From positions 18,848,001-18,912,000 of the forward strand of contig NC_086108.1 of NCBI RefSeq assembly GCF_963921235.1: a stretch of 64,000 nt of DNA. The letters run 5' to 3'. A model generated the notes under the pieces. The model was given only the letters and a program-made list of their open reading frames with translations. It made no database searches and was not told the origin of the DNA. This document shows, one piece after another, positions 13,367 to 23,613 of the stretch (its first letter is position 1; each line of letters starts with the position of its first letter). This DNA comes from Mobula hypostoma. Lineage: Eukaryota. The translations under genes were made by a program, and so were the position numbers.

Positions 13367-14426
13367 CTGAGATTTGAGATTTTGCTTCATTTGATACACA
13401 GCCTGGTGTGTGTAGATGCCTGAACCACTCTTCTTGTGGTGGTCATGGGCAGGGTCAGGGGTCAGGCCTTGGGAACATTCCAGGTTACTAGTGCTGACCG
13501 CACACATTTGACAGTTTTGCTGCTCACTGCTATTTTAGAGATGTCCTCCAGACTCAGGAAGAGAATACCTTACCTATTCTTTCTTCAGATCATATGAGTA
13601 ACTAAAGCAGGCAGGGATGTGCCTGCAGTACCGGCTTCCTCAAAGCACTGGTGTTCAGAGACTATACTTCTACAATGCTACAGTGCCTGACTGTAACCCT
13701 CGGTCTGGGTTTCTGTGCCCACTTCACCACAGCACATTACTTTGGTGGGCACTGAGCTTTAACTATCTTGGTTCAATCCCCTCCCACTCTCCACCATTAA
13801 TGCTTCAGTTTTACAGATATAAATTGCAGAGATGCTTGCAATGATTTTTGCTTCATTGGAGACTGGAGAGTGGCTAAAATGGTAGCATGATTAAAAAAAA
13901 GAGCAGTAAAAACAAGCCAGGAACTACTGGCCAGTGAGTCTGATATCAGTGCTGGGAGAATTGCAAGAGGGGATTCTAAGAAAAAGACCCACTAGCATTT
14001 GGAGAGGCAGGGCCTGATTCGGAACACTCAGCATAGCATTGTCCGTGTGAAGTCATGTCTGACAAATCACTTGGAGTTCTTTGAGAAGGTCAATGAGCAT
14101 AGAGATGGATGCTTTCAAGATGGACTTTTACGAGGTTCCTCATCTGGAAGGTTAGGTTACATTGGATTCAAAGGATGATAGCGAATTGGTTCAGTGGAAG
14201 GAAGCAAAGTGTGATGGACTCAGGTTGTTTCTCAGAGTAGAGGCTATGTCTAGTCATGTGCCACTGGGGTCAGGGCTGGGACCTTTGTTGTTTGCACTTA
14301 TCTAAACAATTTGGATATTTTCACAATCAGAATCAAAATCAGGTTTATTATCATGTGACGTGAAGTTTGTCCACTGCATGGTACTGAAATAGGCAGTGTA
14401 GCAGGTTATAAAAAAGTTGCTGGGGG

Positions 14427-15708
14427 TGTCATAGTCCGGTCCGTGAAGTCTGTGTCCCGGTTCACGGTCTGGTCCATGGTTCCTTGTTCCAGGGTTTCTG
14501 GTTTTCCTCAGTTTCTGTTGTGGGCACACGTTTCTCGTTTTGGGGCTGAGACATAAATACCTCTGCAAACCAGGGATTTGCTTTTGGACTGTCTTGTTCC
14601 CCTCCCTGTCTTTTCCCCCCTCGCCTGACTCTCTACCTGCTCATCTAGCCTGGATACCCCGCCTGTATACCCTGCCTGTATCGCTGAAGTCTTACCGCCA
14701 GAGCAAGACTGGAGCCTTGTTAGGTCAAGATAAGGAACTGTCTTTCATTGTGTGGAATTGTCTCTCTGTGTCCACGCCTTCGCTAGGTGGGTCCGGCTGT
14801 TTGCTGCCACGTTGTGTTGGGATCCGTCTCTTCATGTTCAGTGTTCTGTGTATGAGTCCTGGTCCTGTTCCCAATGAGGGGTCCTGGCTCTGTGTTATGT
14901 TTGTGAGTCCCGGCCCTACGTCCTGTTCCCAAGGAGGGGTCCCAGCTCTGTGTTCCGTGCTCCTGTCTCTTCTAGTCCAAGGCTCTGTGCTCCTGAAGGC
15001 CCTCGTCCAGTCCGTGCCTAGTCCAGTCCTATCCGAGTCCTGTCCATATGCCTTTACCTGCCCTTGTGTCTCGCCCTACCCAGGAGTTCCACACTCAAGC
15101 CATGTCCAGTCCTGTAGCCTCGTGTTGTCCTCGCCTAGTTCTGGAGTCTGAGCCTGAGTCAAGTCCCAGGTTCTGGGTCCTTGCCCAGTCTCTGGCTCGG
15201 AATCCATACCCAAACCTCGAAGTACCCTAGACCCAAGACCCCAGCCTGCAGGCCCCAAGACCAAGACCCCAGCCTGCAGGCCCCAAGACCAAGACCCCAG
15301 CCTGCAGGCCTCAAGACCAAGACCCCAGCCTGCAGGCCTCAAGACCAAGACCCCAGCCTGAAGGCCTCAAGACCAAGGCCCCAGCCTGTCTCCAAGCTCA
15401 AGCCTCAAGACCAAGACGCCAGCCTCAAGCCTCAAGACCCCAAGCCTGGCTCCAAGCCTCAAGACCCCAGCCTCCAGTCCTGCAGTCATGTCATATCCAT
15501 GCCTGGTTTTGGGGCCCGAGCCCGAGGGAAGACCCAGGTCTGGGTCCTTGTTCAGTCTCTAGCTCGGGGTCCAAGCCCTAGTCAGCGTTCTTGTCCCTGC
15601 TCCTTGTCTATATCCTGTCACGTCCCTACTCTAGTCAAGTCCTGTTCCTTGTACTTCAGTGTCTGTGTCTCACATTTGGGTCCGTTCCCAGTGCTCCCCA
15701 TTGTGACA
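14427..15708 (+). mobile_element. Solo LTR-like element (1.28 kb) with internal minisatellite
   Basis: Ends TGTCAT...GTGACA; GGGG on both flanks (4-bp TSD); interrupts a CR1 fragment. Confidence 0.8.
15229..15390. repeat. 28-bp tandem repeat (CAAGACCAAGACCCCAGCCTGCAGGCCY), ~6 copies, with degenerate continuation to ~15475
   Basis: Directly visible head-to-tail units with no spacers. Confidence 0.92.
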
Positions 15709-15835
15709 GGGGATCTTGATCAGCTAAGTATGTGGACTGAGGATTGGCCAGTGGGTTTCAATCCAGATAAATGTGGAGAATCGCATTTTAGGAAATCAAA
15801 CCAGGGTAGGATTCATCATGAATGTAAGGGCGCAT

Positions 15836-16512
15836 AAATGTTTCTTGGGCTTCCAGTTGGGTATAGGTGTTGACTTGAACCGATATTTCGATTTCAAACT
15901 CTGCCATCTTCATCAGGGCATGCCTAGTCCTGTGGTATATATACTCAATTCCTGCCGTCTGACCCTCCTGATTGGTTAGTCCTCAACCAATCAGGCTTCT
16001 GCTGTCCCACCTTGTTAAAAATTGTATTCCAGTTCTTATTTAGAGAAAGACCTTTGTCTTTGTTGAAATTCTTATTCTCTAGTCTTTTTTCAATGGCTTC
16101 CTTCACCAGGGCATCCCAAGAACCACTAGCACGGCAGAGGAGTTTTGTGCCGTCAAAGTGAATCCTGTGGTCATTGCGTATGCAATGTTCTGCTACCGCC
16201 GATGTCTCCAAGTAACCCAAACAGATACACCTCCTATATTCCTTGATGTGGATTTCCTCCGTGCATCCCATCTGGCCAATATATGCTGTTCCACATTCAC
16301 AGGGAACTCTGTAAACGCCAGCCATCCTGTGTCCCAGGTCATCTTTGACCCGCGTAAACTGTGATTTCAGCTTCCTTACGGGTTTGTGAATGGTATTAAT
16401 CCGGTATTTCTTCAGGATCGTGGTGATTCTTCCAGAAACCATGGAAATAGAGGGAAGAAGGGGGATAGCAATGTGTTCCTCCTCGTTGTTAGGTTTTCTG
16501 GTTTTTCCATTG
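15836..16512 (-). mobile_element. Penelope-like element 3' fragment (GIY-YIG endonuclease plus downstream pLTR region)
   Basis: ORF 15945-16442: GVYRVPCECGTAYIGQ...SAVAEHC...LVKEAIE..NFNKDKG, the PLE GIY-YIG signature. Confidence 0.92.
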
Positions 16513-17269
16513 TTACATATTCAGGAGCAGCATCATTTCCTGCATCAAAATTGTGTATCTATGTATAATATTCTGTCTAACCAGTGAGAGAAAGTCTTCA
16601 TATGTTTTGGAGAGAAGAAACAATAGTCTGCTTGACTCCGTGGGAAGTTTAGGGTTTAGATACTGTTGGATGAAGTTTCCAAGTCTAAAGTAACCTGGAT
16701 TTGCCATCCCTGTGGCCACTGATATTCCAAGCATCAACTAGTAACTGGAAGGTGGCCCCACCCACTCCCTCCCCCGTACACAGTACCACTATTTGAAAGG
16801 CAGTCAGTCTGCATTTAACCCCATTTGTTACCATCTCTGGGTCTGGTCTAGTTTAATTGCCATTCAACAATACACATGTATCCAGCCAAACAAAACAACA
16901 TTCCTCCAGGCCAAGGTGCAAAACACAGTAGCAACAGTCACACAGCACATAGCACACATAACACGTATTGTGACGAGGGTGATTTGGACCCAAAGGCTGG
17001 GGTATCCAAAGAAAGGTTTAAGAAAAGGCATCAAACTGGATCAGGGAACGAAGAAAATGCTAGGTGATATTACTAGTAGGTTTATGATTGAGCATCGAAT
17101 CTTAATTCAGTGTTACTTAAATACTCAATTCTTGGCGCTCGAAACATGATTACCAATTAACGGGACCGTCCTGAACTTTTAAAGGGTCAGCTAAGTGTAC
17201 TCTGGGCACTTTGAGTGTCTAAATCCCAGAAGGTGCAGCTTGTAATACGAAAACAGACAGTCACAAAAA

Positions 17270-17610
17270 AAAAATGAAGCCCAAGTCCATGACTGGCATG
17301 GTCTGCAGACTGGGGGTGCACAGGATGATATCCTGGAGCCATGTTTCTGCAAGACCAAGCATGCAGCAGTTCCCCATCACAGTCGAATGTGGCTGCAGAT
17401 GAACACAATCCAGCTTGGCTTCCACTGAGCAAACGCTGGAGAGCAGCAGTGAAGAGAGGGGCCAGCCCCCATCCCAGCACAGACTCCAGCACACCCACCA
17501 CGCCCCTGCTCTCTCCCACATTGCCTTCGGCGTCTACTCTTCCATGCAGCTGCAGCAGACGAGGCCGCAGCATAAGGGTTTGGTACCCACAACAACTGAG
17601 GCCACACAGC
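17270..17610 (-). mobile_element. Rex1/Babar-like (CR1/L2 group) LINE 5' fragment
   Basis: Translation SLLLSSVCSVEAKLD...CCMLGLAETWLQD resembles the start of the APE endonuclease in this group. Confidence 0.6.
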
Positions 17611-17975
17611 TTCCTAACAGTCAGTCTCCTCACTGAACTGGTGAACCGGATTTGGAGTACAATCTGGTTATCAATCTGTACCATAACTGTTCATTCCCGT
17701 CTTGGTTTTGTTTCCCCATATCCCTATGTACAGTGCTCAGGTTTCTTTCTCCCCCGACTCTTTTAACATATTCTGCTGAAGGTTCCAAACCTTTTAGTTC
17801 AACACATCTCCATCTCCATTGTGGCCTCTGCTGCTCCATAAAGACCATTCCAGATGTGGACCTTCTCTTTGAAAGTGCAGTGTTTCCAGCTGAAAAATGA
17901 ATGCATGGATCTGGACTATCCTAAATTCAGAACTTCTAGCTTCTGTTTTCACTCCCTGCATGTGATTTCTATGGG

Positions 17976-18284
17976 GTTCCAATGCATTGCTGGGCTCTCT
18001 TTTTCCCAAAGCAAAGTGCCACATATGCCAAGGAGCTGGTAAAGTTGATGTCAAAGGTGGCACAGCCCATCGGTATGACCTTCCTGCAGCCTGCCTACGT
18101 TGAGCTGAAGGATGACCGGACCCAGACCTACATCCGAACACTTCAGTCACACCTGGAGAGTGGTAGTTCAATTCAGATTGTGGCATGTATAGTGACTGGT
18201 AACCGTGACGACCTTTACCACACCATTAAGAGATTGTGTTGAGTACAATCACCAGTGTCTTCGCAGGTGATTAATGTGAGAATT
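17976..18284 (+). pseudogene. PIWIL2: Intron-less fragment of piwi-like protein 2 (MID region and start of PIWI domain) with in-frame stop
   Basis: [102 protein letters not shown] matches my recollection of vertebrate PIWIL2 ([50 protein letters not shown]). TGA at 18240-18242 replaces a Cys. No other Piwi sequence recognised nearby. Confidence 0.9.
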
Positions 18285-18288
18285 TCTG

Positions 18289-19889
18289 CAGGCTTCCCCC
18301 GCCATCCGAAGGTAGAGTGTTCCTATGAAACGGTTCATAAGCCGAAATGTCATAAAGCGAAGAAGCAATTACCATTTATTTATATGGGAAAACTTTGCAA
18401 GCGTTCGCAAACCCAAAAATAACCTACCAAATCATGCCAAATAACACATAAAACCTAAAATAACAGTAACATATAGTAAAAGCAGGAATGATATGATAAA
18501 TACACGGCCTATATAAAGTAGAAATACTTCTCTACAACGATTGCCTGCACAGATCTCCATAGCGGAAATCTCACGCAAGCGCTCTCGGCAGAAAATCTCA
18601 CGCAAGCGCTGTTGGTATCAACGCGCTCTCCCGTAACCTTTAAACTATGAAGCTGCCAAATCTACCAAATAACACATAAAAATACACAGCCTATATAAAA
18701 TAGAAATAATGTATGTACCGCGTAGTTCACTTACCGGAATTGGGAAAACAGCGCCGAGCACACTATGATGGTGTGTTAGACTGAGTCGTTGCAGGTTGGG
18801 TGGTGCAGTGGCCCCCACCCTCTGGGTCGTCGACCCGATGCATTGCCGCGGAGAATGCAGCGGTAGCCAAGAGGAACACAGCACTTCTTTAAGAAAAAAG
18901 CCGAAATAAACATGCTAATTAATTAGGCGCTGCCCGGAACGTAAATGTTGGTGCAGATCAGAGGCGATTGCAGATTGCATTGCCTCTGATCTGGGCTGAC
19001 AATTATGTGCTAGGCAGCACCTAATTAATTAGCAAGTTTATTTCGGATTTTTTCTTAAAGATGTGCTGTGTGCCTCCCGGCTACCGCTGCATTCTCCGTG
19101 AATCGGTACAGTATCTGTCCGGAGCCTGGGGGTTGGGATGGTGGGACATGGGGGTGTCATCTCATCGTCAATCAGGGCAGGCAGCTCATCTTCTCCTATG
19201 ACTGCCCACCTCGATGTCGAAGGTCGAGGTTCGCTGTCTGCTGTGGCTGATGTGGAAGGCTTGCTTGACTGCTGAGCCTCGCGCATTTTTCTATCATACA
19301 ATTATTTGTAAGCACTCAAACCATCCTGCAAATATCCCCTAAACCTACGTACCCTTTCAAAATTAAAGTCAAAAATCTCACGCAGTTGCTTCACTTTCGC
19401 TACTGCATTCGGTTTCGATTGTTATCCTTTCCTCTTCCAATTGCATCAGCTCTTCATCTATCAGTTCTTGGTCATCGGATGCCAAAACCTCTTCAACATC
19501 ATCTTCGTCAACTTCCACAAGCTAAACTGACTTTGTCCTTACTTTGTTCACCACGATCGAAATGCTTAATTATGTCTAGTTTTACGCTAAGTGTAACACC
19601 CTTACGAGCTCTTTCAGGCTTTTCCAACACCTTGGAACTCATCTTGCAAATGGCTGCTCAGAGGCATGTGTTAAAGCAATGCCGTTCCGAATCTGGGGAG
19701 AGCGGCTGCTCGGGGCACGCACTGCCTTTTATCGCACGCTGATTTTTTCGCGCACTGATTTTTTATCGCGTGCTGCCTTTCTTCATAACAGTGAAAACAC
19801 CTTCTCAAAGCGAAAACAGGGTACTAATGTAGGTCTTTCGTAACAGTGAGGTTTCGTAAAGCGAACGTTCGAAAAGCGGGGGACGCCTG
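18289..19889 (-). mobile_element. Internally deleted Tigger/pogo DNA transposon
   Basis: TIRs CAGGCTTCCCCCGC / GCGGGGGACGCCTG; TA at right flank, TG at left. Minus strand has a CENP-B-like HTH start (MSSKVLEKPERARKGVTLSVKLDIIKHFDRGE, ATG 19642) joined to an acidic C-terminal remnant and YDRKMREAQQ; DDD core absent. Confidence 0.88.
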
Positions 19890-22294
19890 TATTTTTCGTT
19901 CCCAATGTTACTCGCAGGAAATTCGGCTGGATATTCCCAGCCAGGGTGAAGGGTGACTTCAGCCCCTGGTACGAAACGTGATCACATCACTCCCCATGTG
20001 GCTCTGCAGGATGGGAGTTGCTCACTCTGTCCTGTCACAGAGCAGTGTTCACTCTGGGACAGCAGGATTTACTTCCACACAGCTCAAGAAGGACCAAAGC
20101 TGGTAAATCAACCATTGGGATTATTGAACCCTTCCCCCCACCCACCAAACTCTCAGCCCCTGGACCATGCCATTCCCCCGGGAAACTTCCTTCAGCATCC
20201 CCAACCTTTATCCCATATTAGGCTCCGTGCCCTGAGGCTGCAGCTGGGCTCCGTGATCCCTCACAGCACTCCGATGTCCCGTCCTATGAGCAATGTGTTT
20301 GTTCAGAAGGATGCTTTCTGATACAGTAAGATAAGTGTTTCTAGAATTCCCAGCTCAGGATAGAAGGAAAGGGGGCAACCTCACAAGACCTCTGTCAACC
20401 CATGATCTTCTTTACATCACCATTTTTGCTACCTTTCTCTCTTATTAGCACTACTTATTTACCTCACTCTTTTTGCTCTGCTTATTTAACATATATATTA
20501 TTTTAATTTACAGTAAATTTTATGTGTTGCACTGAAACGCTGCCGCAAAATAACAAAATTCACAACATATGTCAGTGATAATAAACCTGATTCTGGTGCT
20601 CTGTAACTTCTGGGTGAAGCCGCTCTGAAAGCCATGGCTGGAAGTGTCCTGAGATTTCTCAGGCCTGATGTGAGTTGAATAGTAAATTCTGTCAAAGTTA
20701 TTAAATTCCTCCTGCATCATCTCCCCCCTCCCCCCACACCACCACCCCTAATGAAAAATAGGCCAACTCTGCAACCCCACAATATCACTGGACACCTCCT
20801 CACAGGGCTTTAAAGATGTTTCTTGTTTAAAATGAAATGGGGAATGCATCCTCTCTACCACCGAACACCAGCCCCACCCCCATCTCCAGAAGGAGTGTGA
20901 TAAAAAGTTTAATTAAAAGGAGAGGGCTTAAAGACTGAGTGGAGATCAGTGAAGGTAAACACTTTGCCAAGAGCAATTCACTCCAGCCCTTTGTGTCGTC
21001 CCCCAGCGTCGAGAGCTTGTTTCCAAAGTTTACATATATTTTCTTGATCTTTGCCCTTTGAACTGTTCCCCAGGAAAAAAGACTGCTTGTCTGAGCTCAG
21101 GGATGCCTTCTCAGCTCATGTTTTTTTCTCTCTGCAATGGAAAGGAATGTTTCAGAATTATTAGCAGTCAAGATGAATAAAGGGAGAAGTCAGTCCTTGA
21201 GGCAGGCTCTCTTTGCTTGAGATGCTCTCTCCCAGCTGGGGTAGCCTGTGGCCCATATGCTTTTATTCCAGGCTTTACCTGATCAGGTCACTTCCAGTTT
21301 CCACAAAACCACGACTGGGTTAGAAAAACTACTCACTAATCCCTTTGAAAATAGAAGATCCCTACAGTTTTCCATAGAATCCGAGGAATATCAACAGCAA
21401 AGCAAGGGACACACAGATTTCCAGGATTTTCCCAGAGACCCTGCGAATTAATACTTAATCTCCAGGGCACAGCTGCAAGCTAAACATCCTGGAGGTAAAA
21501 TAATAGAGGCATTTAAACACAACTGTGAGCTCTTCATCTTCTTTAAACATTGTAGTTCATTAGTTGCAAACATATTGGAGAGGAGTGGGACATAAGCATT
21601 CTTCAACTGGTTGGGACAGTTAGAAAGTAGAGGTCATGAGATCAAATTTCCAAGAATATGTATAGTCTGGTTTGCCTGGCCATTATAAAGAGTGATAGGG
21701 AGAGAGAAAGAGAGAGAGAAAAAGAGACAGAAAAGCAGAGAGAGAAATAGATAGAGGGGGGAGGTTGAGAGAGGGATAACTGGAGACAGTAGATAGAGAA
21801 AGGGGAGAGAGAATCTAAGGCTCGGCTATGTTTGGACAGGTGTGTGAGGGGAAAGCTGTCTATCAGTGCAATGTAATTTTTATCTCTGTGCAACACAACA
21901 CTGATGATAGTGCTGTGGGAGCGGGCATAGAAGCTGGATGATTTCCTTCTGTCTCGTCAGGAGGTATTGAGAATATTCTATAAGCCCACTGCCCTTGGAC
22001 ATGAATGGTAAGACATGAAGGAATGAAATCAAGTATTCAAAAACACTAAGAAAAATCACCGGAATGTATTTGATGTCCTCTACCTGAAATTAGTAATTTG
22101 CTAACGAAGTAAGTGTTTCCAAATAAGAGTAAAGATTCCAGAATATCAAGTTCCAGAGTTACAGTAATGACTCCAGTGTAATTGTTCAGAGGTATGACTA
22201 GTAAGTAATAATAACAACAACAGTCATTGAGTAACAGGATGGTTATAACTTAATGGTAGGGTATTGAGTGTAGAGTGATATTAATGGTCTAGAG

Positions 22295-22543
22295 CAGTGG
22301 TCCCCAACCATTGAGCCGTGGACTGGTACCAGGCCGCAAAGGATATGCTACCGGGCCGCGAAGAAATGATATGATTTGGCAATATGAAACGATATGAGTC
22401 AGCTGCACATTTCCTCATTCCCTGTCACGCACTGTTGAACTTGAACAACCACCCCCCCTGCCCCCCCCCCACCGTCGGCTGGTCCGCAAGAATATTGTCA
22501 ATATTAAATCGGTCCACAGTGCAAAAAAGGTTGGGGACCCCTG
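22295..22543 (+). mobile_element. hAT-Charlie (MER1/Charlie3-like) MITE
   Basis: TIRs CAGTGGTCCCCAACC / GGTTGGGGACCCCTG; 8-bp flanks GTCTAGAG/CCCTAGAG; both halves match the ends of the element at 29625-30811. Confidence 0.88.
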
Positions 22544-22814
22544 CCCTAGAGTAACAATGTGAGTTCTAGATAATGATAACAAATGGCCTTAAAAGACTAG
22601 GAAGAGCTCAGGAGCAATAGAAAACCTGAACTAGCTCAGAAGGGTCTAGAGTAGCAAGATAGCTGGGAAAGCAATAAGTACTCCTGAGAAGCCAGAAGGT
22701 CTCTAGAGTAATATTAAGACTACAGAGTAATAACAAAGTAACTATGAGCATGCAAGTGTAATTGTGTATACGTGTCTCTTCAGTTATGCGTGTATGGACT
22801 CATCACAGGAGCCA

Positions 22815-23365
22815 AATGTATTAGTGAACACAGCCTAGTCCATCACAGACAAAGCCTTCCCCGCCATTGAACATATCTGCAAGGAGATCTGCCACAAGAA
22901 AGCAGCATCCATCATTGAGAACCCTCTCACCGTTCAGACCATGCACTTTTCTCGCTACTACCATTGGGAAGAGGTAGAGAAGAGAACACCACCACGTTCA
23001 GGAACAGATATGGAATAGTTATTACCTTTCAACCATAAGGCTCCTGAACCAGCGTGGATAACTTCACTCAGCTTGATGCTGAACTGATTCCACAGCCTCT
23101 GGGATCACTTTCAAAGCTTCTACAATTCATTTTCTCAGTAGTATTTATTTGTTATTATTATTATTTATTATTATTATTACAATTTTTAATTTCCAGAGAG
23201 TCTTATTTTAGAAATGGGTTGTTTGGCCATCTTTGTTTGTATTTACTTTTTCATTGATTCTATTGTATTTCTTTGTTTTAGCGTGAATGCTTGCACAAAA
23301 ATGAATCTCAAAGTAGCATATGGTGACAGATACGTAGTTTGAGAATAAATTTACTTTGAACTTTG
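22815..23365 (+). mobile_element. Rex/Babar-like LINE 3' end
   Basis: GCAGCATCCATCATT...ACCACCACGTTCAGGAACAG motif shared with 55580-55700; tail TACTTTGAACTTTG. Confidence 0.65.
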
Positions 23366-23613
23366 CAAGAGTTTATGAGTCTATTAATAATGTCATCCAG
23401 CAGACAGACAGTGTTGAAATGTATCTGAGTATGTGTGATTGCATGTGCATTAGACCATAAAACAAAGGAGCAGAATTGGGCCAATCGGCCCATCAAGTCT
23501 GCTCCAAGATTTGACCATGGCTGATCCATTTTCCTCTCAATTCCATTCTTCTGCCTTCTCCCCATAACCTTTCTCATCCTGGCTCATCAAAAATCTATCA
23601 ACCTCTGCATTAA

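Larger units (their letters stand above)
13855..15835 (+). mobile_element. Old CR1 RT fragment split by an LTR insertion (pieces ~13855-14426 and 15709-15835)
   Basis: GACTGGAGAGTGGCTAA, TGTCTGACAAATC..TTGGAGTTCTTTG; GGGGATCTTGATCAGCTA resumes after the LTR. Confidence 0.7.

Noticed and set aside
12473..13507. 344-aa His/Thr-rich ORF and similar Cys/Val or His/Thr ORFs at 3581-4126
   Set aside because: Translations of (TG)n/(CA)n microsatellite; no sign of coding function.
15229..15475. Regular repeats resembling a CRISPR array (also 43705-43890, 58480-58755)
   Set aside because: Head-to-tail units without unique spacers, no cas genes, vertebrate context.
14540..15837. 203-aa and 218-aa ORFs
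   Set aside because: They lie in a solo LTR and minisatellite; low complexity, no recognisable domain.
17976..18284. Functional exon of a piwil2 gene
   Set aside because: In-frame TGA, no clean splice acceptor at the homology start, and no other Piwi exons found in 64 kb.
19890..19945. Continuation of PIWIL2 beyond the Tigger
   Set aside because: The expected LRS.AQKILLQINCKLGGELW is not readable in any frame.
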